In this document: one piece after another, positions 28,861 through 38,479 of the stretch
Layout of the letters: the number at the start of each line of letters is the position of its first letter
Position numbering within the stretch: the first letter of the stretch is position 1
Source: an uncultured Chloroflexia bacterium
GTDB taxonomy: Bacteria; Chloroflexota; Chloroflexia; Thermomicrobiales; UBA6265
Length of the DNA: 64,000 bases
NCBI GenBank assembly: GCA_963724295.1
Contig: CAVRUC010000007.1
Coordinates: 416,001 to 480,000 of the forward strand
Direction of reading: 5' to 3'
Notes under the pieces: generated by a model
Seen by the model: only the letters and a program-made list of their open reading frames with translations
Told to the model about the DNA's origin: nothing
Databases searched by the model: none
Made by a program: the position numbers and the translations under genes

Positions 28861-31620
28861 TTGACTCTCAACGCCCAAGCAACGCTGCTGCCAAACACTG
28901 CCCCGGCGCTTTCGGAGGAAAGCGCCTCGTTCAAGGCGACGCCACCGATTCGCCGCCAGTATCTCCAGATCAAGCAACGATTTCCGGACACCATCCTCCT
29001 CTTCCGGCTCGGAGATTTCTACGAGACATTCGAAGCCGACGCGGAAACCGCGGCGCGTGTCCTGGATATCGTGCTCACCAGCAGGGAGATGGGCAAGGGC
29101 GTGCGCGTGCCGATGGCGGGGATTCCGCACCACGCGGCGGACGGCCACATCGCGCGGCTCGTCGCGGCCGGGCACAAAGTCGCCATCTGCGAGCAGATCG
29201 GCGGTCTGGACCGAGGACGGACCCTGATCGACCGCGATGTGACCCGCATCGTGACGCCGGGAACCGTGACCGACCCGGCGATGCTCGACAGCCACCGCAA
29301 CAGCTACATCGCGGCCGTGGTGTGCGAGCGGGGACGGGCGGGGATCGCCTATGCGGATCTTTCGACAGGCGAGTTCGCGGCGACGCAGCTAGTCGCCGGG
29401 TCGCCCGAGGAAGCGAAGGCGGCCGCCGGCCGTGAAGTTCAACGTCTCGGCGCCCTTGAAGTCGTCCTTCCCGCGGAGCCAGCGAGTGCTGACGGTGCGG
29501 CGAACGAGCAATGGTTGCCGAAAGGTTTGACCGTCAGCCGCCTCGATTCCTGGCTCTGGAAGCCAGAGCGGGCCAGGGAAACGTTGATCCAGCACTTCGC
29601 GGTGCAGTCGCTAGATGGATTCGGTCTGGGGGAGCAGCGGATAGCCCTCCAGGCAGCCGGGGCATTGCTCACCTACCTCGCCGACACCCAGCGCTCGACG
29701 CTCGTTCAGATCACCGCGATCCACACCTACAGTGCGACCGGCTTCATGGAGCTTGATCTCCAGGCGCGCCGCAATCTGGAGCTGGCAGAAAGCGCGCGCG
29801 GCGAGAAACGGCACGGACTCCTTGCCGTGCTGGACGAGACCCGCACTCCCATGGGTGGTCGTCAGTTGCGGCGCTGGCTGAGTCAGCCGCTGCTCGATCT
29901 GGAGACAATTCACCGGCGCCAGGACGCAGTCGAGCATTTCGTGGTCGACGCGCTCTCGCGCACCGCGATCCGCCAGGCGCTGAACAAGATGGGAGACATC
30001 GAGCGCCTGGCGAACCGGGCGCTCACCGGCGTCATCGGACCCCGAGAACTGGGAGTGCTTCGCCAGTCTCTGGAGCTCGTCGCGAAGATCGAGTCGGAGA
30101 CGGCGCATGTTCCCGGCTGTCCGTCTCTCGCCGAGGGGCGGACTTCGTGCCAGGCCGTCCATGATCTCCTGCTTCGTGCCTTGCCGGACGAACCACCCGC
30201 CGGCCTCGGCAACGGCGACGCCATCCGACCCGGATTCGCTCCCGAGCTGGACGAGCACGACCGCGGTGTGCGCGAGGCGCGAGCCTGGATCGCCGGGCTG
30301 GAAAGACAGGAGCGGCAGCGCACGGGGATCCGCACGCTCAAGGTCGGCTACAACCGGGTCTTCGGCTACTACATCGAGATCAGCACGACGGCGCTGGCCG
30401 CCGCCGAAAAAGAGCGAACGGCCGCAACTGCGAGTGAATCACCCGCGATCTTGCCAGCCGACTATCAGGTCCGGCAATCGCTCGCCAACGCCACTCGCTA
30501 TATCACGGCCCAGCTCAAGGAAGCCGAGACCCGGGTCCTGGGTGCTCAGGAGGTCCTGGCTCAACTCGAAGCCGACCTGCTGCGGCGCGTCGTGGCCGAA
30601 GTGGGGGCACATGTCGAGGCGCTGCGCGAGACGGCCGCCGCGATCGCCTACCTCGATGTCATCACGACCCTCGCCGAGGTGGCCGCCGCGCGCGGCTTTT
30701 GCCGCCCGCTCGTCGATGACTCGCTCACCATCGACATCGCGGGAGGCAGACACCCAACGCTCGAGACCGTGTTGCCAGCCGGTGAGTTCGTTCCGAACGA
30801 CGCATTGCTCGACGACGGCGACCGTCGCATCACCATCCTCACCGGGCCGAACATGGCGGGTAAGAGCAGCTGGTTGCGGCAGACCGCGCTCATCGTGCTC
30901 ATGGCCCAGATCGGCTCGTTCGTGCCGGCCACCGCGGCTCGGATCGGTCTGGTGGACCGCATCTTCACCCGGATCGGGGCGCACGATGACATCTCATCCG
31001 GCCAGTCGACCTTCATGGTGGAGATGCTCGAACTGGCCAATATCTTGCACCACGCGACCCCCAGGAGCCTCGTGCTGCTCGACGAGATCGGTCGTGGCAC
31101 GTCGACCTGGGACGGACTGGCCATCGCCCGCGCCGTGGTCGAGTACCTGCACAATTCGTCCCGTCTCGGTTGCCGCACCCTCTTCGCCACGCACTTCCAC
31201 GAGCTGACAGCCCTGGCCGACCATCTGCCGGGCGTGTTCTGCGCTCGCATGGACGTGCTAGAGGAAGGTGATCGCGTCGTTTTCTTGCATCGCGTCGTGC
31301 CTGGTGGAGCGGATCGGTCCTACGGTGTCCACGTCGCCGAGCTGGCGGGGGTCCCGCGAGGTCTCACCCGACGGGCCCGGGAGATCCTGATCGACCTCGA
31401 ACAGCGCTCGGCGACCGAGGGCGCCAAAGGCCGTCGGCGGGCGATGTCCTCTCCAGCACCGGACCATACGTCGATGCAACTGACGCTCTTTGCACCGCCG
31501 AGTCCGGTGGTGACGACGCTTCGCGATCTCGACGTCGAATCACTTTCGCCGCTGGAGGCGTTGACGAAACTCTTCGAGTTGAAACGGCTGGCGGAAGGTG
31601 AAGCGAGTCACGATGCCTAG
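28861..31620 (+). CDS. mutS: DNA mismatch repair protein MutS
   Basis: FRLGDFYETF, GPNMAGKS, STFMVEM, DEIGRGT, ATHFHEL, SYGVHVA. Confidence 0.97.
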   Translation: MTLNAQATLLPNTAPALSEESASFKATPPIRRQYLQIKQRFPDTILLFRLGDFYETFEADAETAARVLDIVLTSREMGKGVRVPMAGIPHHAADGHIARLVAAGHKVAICEQIGGLDRGRTLIDRDVTRIVTPGTVTDPAMLDSHRNSYIAAVVCERGRAGIAYADLSTGEFAATQLVAGSPEEAKAAAGREVQRLGALEVVLPAEPASADGAANEQWLPKGLTVSRLDSWLWKPERARETLIQHFAVQSLDGFGLGEQRIALQAAGALLTYLADTQRSTLVQITAIHTYSATGFMELDLQARRNLELAESARGEKRHGLLAVLDETRTPMGGRQLRRWLSQPLLDLETIHRRQDAVEHFVVDALSRTAIRQALNKMGDIERLANRALTGVIGPRELGVLRQSLELVAKIESETAHVPGCPSLAEGRTSCQAVHDLLLRALPDEPPAGLGNGDAIRPGFAPELDEHDRGVREARAWIAGLERQERQRTGIRTLKVGYNRVFGYYIEISTTALAAAEKERTAATASESPAILPADYQVRQSLANATRYITAQLKEAETRVLGAQEVLAQLEADLLRRVVAEVGAHVEALRETAAAIAYLDVITTLAEVAAARGFCRPLVDDSLTIDIAGGRHPTLETVLPAGEFVPNDALLDDGDRRITILTGPNMAGKSSWLRQTALIVLMAQIGSFVPATAARIGLVDRIFTRIGAHDDISSGQSTFMVEMLELANILHHATPRSLVLLDEIGRGTSTWDGLAIARAVVEYLHNSSRLGCRTLFATHFHELTALADHLPGVFCARMDVLEEGDRVVFLHRVVPGGADRSYGVHVAELAGVPRGLTRRAREILIDLEQRSATEGAKGRRRAMSSPAPDHTSMQLTLFAPPSPVVTTLRDLDVESLSPLEALTKLFELKRLAEGEASHDA

Positions 31621-31644
31621 GCGCCGCCAGGGACCACCCGCCCG

Positions 31645-32260
31645 CTAGCCACTGGCGTCGTCGAGAACGATGACGCCATCCAGACTCGCGGAGCCGTAGA
31701 CGCGGCACTCGCACCCCTTGCCCATCACGGTGCCGGCCGGGCAGGGTCGCCGGCAGGCGCTGCCGCAGCAGACCATGTCCTGCCCGCTGGCGAGGCAGTC
31801 ATCATCGCTGGCGCAGATGACGCAGGGGTCGAGCTCTGTAAACTCGCAGCTGACCGTCAGCGCCACATCGTCCCCACAGGCAGGGGTCGAAGACCGTGCA
31901 GTCGGTGTCGAGCTCGCACGACGTGGCGCAACACTCACCCTGACAGCATTCTGAGCCGGGCAAGCACTCGATGATGGCGGTAGCACAGAAACCGTCCACG
32001 CAGGTATTCGAGACGCACGGATCATCATGCTTGCTGCGGCAGTCGCGATGGTTTGCGCAGGATGTCACGCAGCCGCGATCGGTGCAGAGCTGGTTCTCGG
32101 CGCAACCGTCACTGCAGGCTTCCTGACCGGCGACTCCGTCGGGCAACCCGCCCCAGGTTGTCACCCCAATGGCCGCCAACGCTCCCTGCAAGAGCGCCCG
32201 GCGATGAGCGAGCGTGGCCAACTGCTTGGTGAGGAGATCGAATCGATGCGGATCCATCAA
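31645..32260 (-). CDS. Cys-rich secreted protein with RR-type signal; frame break near 31850
   Basis: MDPHRFDLLTKQL..HRRALLQG plus hydrophobic stretch; two overlapping ORFs join into one Cys-rich reading. Confidence 0.7.
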
Positions 32261-32507
32261 GTTCCCTGATCAACGCGCCGGGCGAACCGCGAGCAAGCGC
32301 GGGCGGCGTCGACGCTCAGTCTAGATGCGCGCTCCACTGTACGTACGGTAACGCTCGCCTGCGCCGGGTCGTTTCGTCCCACCCGGTCCCAGCCGAGTGG
32401 ACGCTATATGCAATGAAGCTCCCAACGTGCCATATTCTCTCGGGCGCGCGATATCAGTCGTCGAAGCCAGCTGAGGCATTGCGAGCGACGATGCGGGAGG
32501 GGCCAGC

Positions 32508-33158
32508 ATGCAGATCGAATTCGGCGCACCGGTGTTCGGAGTTGATGGCAAGCGCCTGGGCGAAGTAGACGGGCTGGTAGTCAACGCCGGTACAAAACGC
32601 GCAAGCGCGATCCTCGTCGACGCGGGTCTGTTCGATCGCGGCAAGCACATGATCGGCGTCTCCGCCATTACCAGGAGCGACCAGGATGGGTTGCACCTCG
32701 ATCAACCGGCAGGGGCGAGCGAAGCGGTGTCGCAGACGCTCGAGTCGGAAGAGGTATCGATCGCCCAGCGCGTGGAACCGCCGACGGAGTACATCCCAGC
32801 GGCGGGAGTCGGTGGGCGAGTCTACGCCGACGCCCCGGCCGCGTCCGGGGAATACCCGGACGAAAGCAGCTTCTTCGAGCTGGCCCCGCTCGACCCGCCC
32901 GTGGTCGAGGTCGAGTCGAACCTCGGGCAAAACGAAGTCGTGCTGGGCAGCGAGACGCACGCCATCTCCAGCGACCACCAGCGGCTCGGTAACGTGACGG
33001 CCTTCGAGCTCGGCGACATGGGTCTGGTCGAGTCAATCACCGTCTCGGAGGGATTCATCTTCAAGGAGCGACACGCGTTTCCGCTGAACGAGATCGAGGA
33101 GTTTGGAACGGACATGGTCCATCTGCGCCTGACTCAGTCCGCCGCGGAAGCGACCTGA
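32508..33158 (+). CDS. PRC-barrel domain protein (two barrels)
   Basis: GAPVFGVDGKRLGEVDGL and a second copy ISSDHQRLGNV; GGAGG RBS. Confidence 0.75.
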   Translation: MQIEFGAPVFGVDGKRLGEVDGLVVNAGTKRASAILVDAGLFDRGKHMIGVSAITRSDQDGLHLDQPAGASEAVSQTLESEEVSIAQRVEPPTEYIPAAGVGGRVYADAPAASGEYPDESSFFELAPLDPPVVEVESNLGQNEVVLGSETHAISSDHQRLGNVTAFELGDMGLVESITVSEGFIFKERHAFPLNEIEEFGTDMVHLRLTQSAAEAT

Positions 33159-33294
33159 TGCTCGGCCCGAGAGACTGTCACGGCACTTGGAAACTCACCC
33201 GACCCGGTGCTACCCTCGCTCATGGCAGCGCGCGCCGGATTGACCGGCGCGCGTCATTTGCAATTGGTAAGAGCCCGCAAAGTCGAAGGGTGCG

Positions 33295-35574
33295 ATGACT
33301 GAAGCAGGGCGTTTAAGACTGGCGATCGACCTCGACGGAGTGCTTACCGAACATCCCCGGCCGCTGGCGCAGGCGGCCTCAGCTCGCTTCGGCGTCGAGA
33401 TGCCAGAGAGCGCATTCGTCGACTCGGCGGGACTGAATGTACCGGATCAGGTGCGCGACTGGGTCTACAGCCCGGATGGTCCGGCCGCCAGGCTCCAGCC
33501 CGATCCCCGTGCCGCCGAGTTTCTGCGCCGCGCGATCGCGCTTGTCGGCGCCGAGAACATCGCCATCGTCACGGCGCGCCCCGAACCTTCGGCCGAAATG
33601 ACCAGAACCTGGCTGCGGGAGCACGGATTCCCGGAGTGCCCGATCGTCTTCGCCGATCTCAAAGCGGCCGTTGCCCTTCGTTCCGGTTTCAGTCACGCGG
33701 TCGAGGACAGCCTGCGCCACGCCCGCAACTATGCCGCCGCCGGCGTGCGCTGTTTTCTGGTCAAGGCGGGGGAGCCCGGCGACAAGCTCGACGATCCGAT
33801 GATCGCCGCCGCCGACGACCTCGATGCCCTCTTCGATATCATCGCCGACCACATCGCCCGCGGAAGGCAGGATGCCGTGAACGACACCCTTACCACCAGC
33901 ACCGGCGCGCTCGAGTCTGACGGGGTGGAGACCCGGCCGGTGATCGTCATCAGCGACGCTATTCATCCCGCCGCTCGCGATCGATTGGCAGCCGCGGCAC
34001 GGATCGTCGATGTCGACGGACTCAATGTTCCGGCGCTTCTCGACGCCGTTCGCGATGCCGACGCGCTGGTCGTCCGCAGCGAGACGGAGGTCACGGAAGA
34101 GGTCCTCGCCGCCGGGCGAAACTTGCGGGTTGTCGCTCGCGCCGGCGTGGGTGTCGACAATATCGACCTGAATGCCGCCACCCGGGCGGGCGTGCTGGTC
34201 CTCAATACTCCGGGAGCAAACGCGATCTCCGCGGCGGAGCACACCATCGCCCTGCTGCTCGCCGTCACCCGTCAGCTCGTACCCGCGGATGTCTCCACCC
34301 GCGCCGGGAACTGGCCTCGCAAGCAGATGCGTCCGATAGACCTGCACGGTCGGACCGTGGGCATCGTGGGGCTGGGTAGGGTCGGATCTCAGGTCGCCCG
34401 CCGGCTGCGAGCTTTCGAGATGCGCGTTCTCGCCTACGATCCCTACATCGCCCCGCAGCGCTTCACCGAGCTGGGGGCCGCTCCGGTCGATTTCGAGACG
34501 CTCCTGCAGAGCTCCGACGTGGTGACGTTCCACGTTCCGGAGAACACCGAGACGTTTCACCTGCTGAATCGCGACGCGATCGCCAAGCTCAAGCCGGGAG
34601 CAATCGTGATCAATGCCGCGCGGGGCGGCGTGGTCGACGAAGAGGCGCTGGCCGAGGCGCTGGCGGACGGCAGGATACGCGGCGTAGGAGTCGACGTCTT
34701 CCCGCATGAACCAGCTGTTACCAGTCCCCTCTTCGGCATGCCGGCGGCAGTGGTCACGCCTCACATCGGCGGCTCGAGCGCAGAAGCGCTCACGGCCGTC
34801 GGCGAGGTGATTAGTGTTACGACGCTGGCGGCCCTACGCGGCGAAGCAGTTCCAAATGCGGTCAACTTGCCGGCCGCATCGCTTCATGCGCCGGAGCTGC
34901 AGCGCTTGACGACCGCCTGCGGCGCGGCAGGCCGCCTCCTGGCCGTGCTCGAACCGGATGTTCCGGGCGCGTTCGGCGTCACGGTGCGCGGAGTGGTTCC
35001 CGCGGATGTCGTGGAGCACGTCGTGGCGGCGGCGTTGAGCGAAGCGCTGCAGCGCTGGACGAACGAGCGCATCACGCCGGTCAATGCCCGGTTGCTCGCC
35101 GGGGAGCGCGGCATCCGGGTGCGGGTTGTCAGCGGCGACGCCGATCCTTCGCGATTGCCTGACTTCTCGTTCGAAGTCATCGGGGGCGACGACGGACCAC
35201 TTTCCCACCACGTCACCGTGGTCTGGGATCGCCACGATGCGGCCATCATGGAAGTCGATGGGTTCACGCTCCATAGCCCGCTGGCCGGCGACGTCTTAAT
35301 CACCCACCACCGCGATCAGCCCGGCGTCATCGGATCGGTCGGCACGATCCTCGCTCGCCACGACGTCAACATCGCGGGAATGCAGGTCGGCCGGCATCTT
35401 CCCCGGCGCGGTGGGGAAGCGATCATGGTGCTCAACGTCGACGATGCAATTCCCGCGGAGGCCCTCGGCGAGCTGAAAGGGATTGCCGGCGTCGAAACCG
35501 CGTTCGTCGTCTCCTTGCCCCAGACGTCCCCGCAGCGCCCGCTATTTCCCATTGGCATCGGTGCGCGCCACTGA
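33295..35574 (+). CDS. serA: D-3-phosphoglycerate dehydrogenase with fused N-terminal HAD phosphatase-like domain and C-terminal ACT domain
   Basis: N-term DLDGV/TAR/K/EDS; ARAGVGVDNID, GLGRVG, NAARG, TPHIG; HRDQPGVIG..NIAGM. Confidence 0.88.
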   Translation: MTEAGRLRLAIDLDGVLTEHPRPLAQAASARFGVEMPESAFVDSAGLNVPDQVRDWVYSPDGPAARLQPDPRAAEFLRRAIALVGAENIAIVTARPEPSAEMTRTWLREHGFPECPIVFADLKAAVALRSGFSHAVEDSLRHARNYAAAGVRCFLVKAGEPGDKLDDPMIAAADDLDALFDIIADHIARGRQDAVNDTLTTSTGALESDGVETRPVIVISDAIHPAARDRLAAAARIVDVDGLNVPALLDAVRDADALVVRSETEVTEEVLAAGRNLRVVARAGVGVDNIDLNAATRAGVLVLNTPGANAISAAEHTIALLLAVTRQLVPADVSTRAGNWPRKQMRPIDLHGRTVGIVGLGRVGSQVARRLRAFEMRVLAYDPYIAPQRFTELGAAPVDFETLLQSSDVVTFHVPENTETFHLLNRDAIAKLKPGAIVINAARGGVVDEEALAEALADGRIRGVGVDVFPHEPAVTSPLFGMPAAVVTPHIGGSSAEALTAVGEVISVTTLAALRGEAVPNAVNLPAASLHAPELQRLTTACGAAGRLLAVLEPDVPGAFGVTVRGVVPADVVEHVVAAALSEALQRWTNERITPVNARLLAGERGIRVRVVSGDADPSRLPDFSFEVIGGDDGPLSHHVTVVWDRHDAAIMEVDGFTLHSPLAGDVLITHHRDQPGVIGSVGTILARHDVNIAGMQVGRHLPRRGGEAIMVLNVDDAIPAEALGELKGIAGVETAFVVSLPQTSPQRPLFPIGIGARH

Positions 35575-36376
35575 GTCTCGCTCCCGCCAACCGAGATCCG
35601 CGTCGTGCGGCGAGAGCGAAGAGCGCATCCACAAACACGTCTTTGGCCATCTGCACGGCGTGGCCCACCTCAGGCACGTCTACCAGCCGAGCGCCTTCGA
35701 TCCGGTTGGCCAGCTCAGCGGTAATGAGTCGTAGCGCGGGGTGGCTCCGCCCGCCCGTATAGAGTCCGACCGGAATATTCCCGGCGAGCCTCGCCAGCGA
35801 CGAGCTCGGATAGGAGCTGGCGAGCTCACCGCGGGCGAAGCGGGTTGCATAGGTATTGAGGCGAGCCCAATCGGGCGTGCCCCGCAGGCGATCGACCATG
35901 CGCTCGCCGCCGATCATCGAGAAGAAGGCTTCCGTCGCCGCCTCATCGCCGATCTCGGCGTGGTGCTCCACGATCCAGCGTCCGCGCCGGTCCATCTCCC
36001 GCACGAGCGGCTCCTCCGGAAGAAGATCGAGCAGTGGCGGCTCGATCAGATGAAGACTCCGCACGAGGTTCGGTCGCGTAACGGCCATCTCGAGCGTAAC
36101 CAGCGCGCCATACGAGTGCCCGACGAGGTGGAACGACGTGATGCCCATTGCAGCCGTCGCGTCAAGCAATGAGTGAGCTTCGTCCGCGATCGAGAAACGT
36201 GCGTCTGGGGCCAGGTCCTCTCCGAACCCCGGCCGATCGATGACCACCATCCGGCGTCGCTTGCCGATCAGCTCACAGGTGGCGCCCCACGACTCGAATC
36301 CGTCGCCGAAATCGCCGTGAACGAGCACCAGCGGACACGTACTACTCGGCACCGCTGACGGCGCTGCGCTACTCAT
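35432..36376 (-). CDS. Alpha/beta hydrolase; 3' end uncertain, possible frame break near 35600
   Basis: LVHG, DRPGFG, GHSYG, VGH; the tracked ORF overlaps serA by about 140 nt. Confidence 0.8.
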   Translation of the reverse strand: MSSAAPSAVPSSTCPLVLVHGDFGDGFESWGATCELIGKRRRMVVIDRPGFGEDLAPDARFSIADEAHSLLDATAAMGITSFHLVGHSYGALVTLEMAVTRPNLVRSLHLIEPPLLDLLPEEPLVREMDRRGRWIVEHHAEIGDEAATEAFFSMIGGERMVDRLRGTPDWARLNTYATRFARGELASSYPSSSLARLAGNIPVGLYTGGRSHPALRLITAELANRIEGARLVDVPEVGHAVQMAKDVFVDALFALAARRGSRLAGARLSGAHRCQWEIAGAAGTSGARRRRTRFRRRQSLSARRGPPRELHRRR

Positions 36377-36424
36377 TGGCCGTTTGGTCCCCTCTTCGCT
36401 ACCCACAATGCGCTAGAATATCCT

Positions 36425-36438
36425 ACCGACTGGTCGGT
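36425..36438. promoter_or_regulatory. Palindromic operator upstream of tetR-men operon
   Basis: ACCGAC-TG-GTCGGT, 5 nt downstream of a TAGAAT -10 (36414-36419). Confidence 0.65.
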
Positions 36439-36460
36439 CGGTTTTTACACTAGGCGAGCG

Positions 36461-37072
36461 ATGACGAACGTTCAGGAGCGAAGTCGGACGCGGCGACAAC
36501 GAGTGCTCGACGCCGCCCTCGAGGTCTTTACCGAGCACGGTTACGGCGACACCGCGGTAGATGAAATTGCCCGTGCCTCGGATACGTCCAAGGGTGGGCT
36601 CTACTTTCATTTCCCAAGCAAGCAAGCCCTCTTCCTCGCCCTCCTGGATGAGGCGAGCGTGGCACTGCTGCACCGCGTCGAAGTCGCGATGGCGGCCGAG
36701 TCCGATCCTCTTCTGCGCGGCGACGCCGCGCTGCGTGAAGTGTTGCACGCCTTCGCGGGGCACCGCCTCCTGGCACGGCTGCTCCTTGTCGAAGCCCTCG
36801 GCGCGGGGAAAGAGTTCAACGCGAAGCTCAATGACCTGCACGCGGCGTTTGCCGCCCTCATCGCCGACTGCCTCGACGCCGCCGTCGCTCAAGGTCAGAT
36901 TCCTCCACTCGACACGCGGGTGGCGGCGCATGCCTGGTACGGCGCCATCAACCATGTCGTCCTGCGCTGGCTGTTGAACGGCGAACCGTCGCGGCTGGAG
37001 GAGACTTATCCGGCACTGCGCTCCCTGCTGTTGTATGGGGTCACGGGCGCCAGCGGGGAGCGGCGGCAATGA
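36461..37072 (+). CDS. TetR/AcrR family regulator
   Basis: VLDAALEVF..GY..T.VDEIA...SKGGLYFHFPSK. Confidence 0.93.
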   Translation: MTNVQERSRTRRQRVLDAALEVFTEHGYGDTAVDEIARASDTSKGGLYFHFPSKQALFLALLDEASVALLHRVEVAMAAESDPLLRGDAALREVLHAFAGHRLLARLLLVEALGAGKEFNAKLNDLHAAFAALIADCLDAAVAQGQIPPLDTRVAAHAWYGAINHVVLRWLLNGEPSRLEETYPALRSLLLYGVTGASGERRQ

Positions 37073-38479
37073 CTACCAGCGGTAAGTCTGGAACGACCCC
37101 AGACGAGACGACGCGTCCGCATCGATGACGCCGTGGCGCGCGCGCGCCAGCTCGGACGACCCGCGCTCCTGTCCCACGTCGAGCGGCTCCACTTTGCACC
37201 GGATGCAATCGCCTTTTTGGCCGCCAGCTCCGCGGCGCTCGGCTCCGGGACGCTCTGGGAACAACCCGCCGCGGGGATCGCCTTCGCCGGCGCCGGGTCG
37301 GCCCGCGAGTTGCATGCCATGGGATGCGGACGATTTGGCCAGGTCGCGGCTGCGCTGCGGGACCTGCAGTCGGGGCTCGTTCGTGATGACAATGACATCT
37401 TCCCCTGCATTGGCGGTTTCGCCTTTAGCGAGCACAGCTCTGGAGCGCACATCTGGCGGGATTTCCCGAGCGCCAGGCTCGTGATTCCCCAGGTCCTCGT
37501 CCAGTACGACGGTCGCGACACGCTGCTGAGGGTCACGGTCGAGGTCGCGCCGCGATCGTCACCGAGCGATGTCGAACGGCAGATCGACGATCTCTTCCAA
37601 CGCGCTCGCGGTTGGGCCCAGACCGCCCTCGCTCACGAGGCAAGCCAGACTGACGTCCGCGTCGAATCAATCCCCGGGCGATCCGCGTGGGAATCATCAG
37701 TTGCCACCGCGGTGACCTTGATTCGGCAGGGAACGCTCGACAAGGTCGTCCTGGCCCGGGAGGAGCGGCTGCTCGCCGCGAATCCCTTCTCTCCCATTTC
37801 CACGTTGGCGCGGTTGCGGCGGTTCGATTCGGCGGCGACGTTTTTCGCCATGCAATCCGGCGACTCGTGGTTCCTCGGCGCTAGCCCGGAGCGCCTGGTC
37901 CGCCTGCGCGATAACCTGGTCGACGTGACCTGCCTGGCCGGTTCCATCGGCATGGGCCGCGATGAGGAGGAGCGGCGACAACTCGCCGATCAACTGCTCG
38001 GCAGCACGAAGGACCGGGAAGAACACGAGATCGTCGTCCGCTCGACGATGAGCGCCCTGGGCGAGGTCTGTGAAGACGTCACGCGGCTTGCAGGAACGCC
38101 ACGCGTTGCGACCGCGCGTGCCGTGCAGCACCTGGAAACACCCATTTCAGCCCGGATGTCCGAAGCTGGCAGCGTGCTCGATCTCGTCGAGCGGCTGCAT
38201 CCGACGCCCGCGGTCGGCGGTTACCCGAGCGAACGCGCGCTCTCGATCATGCGCGAGCTCGAGGAGATCGATCGCGGCTGGTATGCCGGGCCGTTCGGCT
38301 GGACTGACCTCGACGGGTCGGGCGAATTTGCGGTGGCGCTCCGCTCGGGGCTGCTCTCGGGTCGCATCGCCTCGCTGTTTGCCGGCAGCGGTATCGTGGC
38401 TGATTCCAATCCGCAATCTGAGTACGAGGAAACCTCTCTCAAGCTGCGGCCGATGCTCTCGGCGCTCGGTGCCGCGTGA
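37069..38479 (+). CDS. menF: Isochorismate synthase; frame break near 37080
   Basis: KVVLAR, GASPERL, KDREEH, LHPTPAVGG, RGWYAGP, FAGSGIV; ATG 37069 overlaps the tetR stop but is out of frame with the body. Confidence 0.88.

Noticed and set aside
28729..29295. Long N-terminal extension on the YciI ORF
   Set aside because: Antisense shadow of mutS; a proper RBS and ATG lie at 28728.
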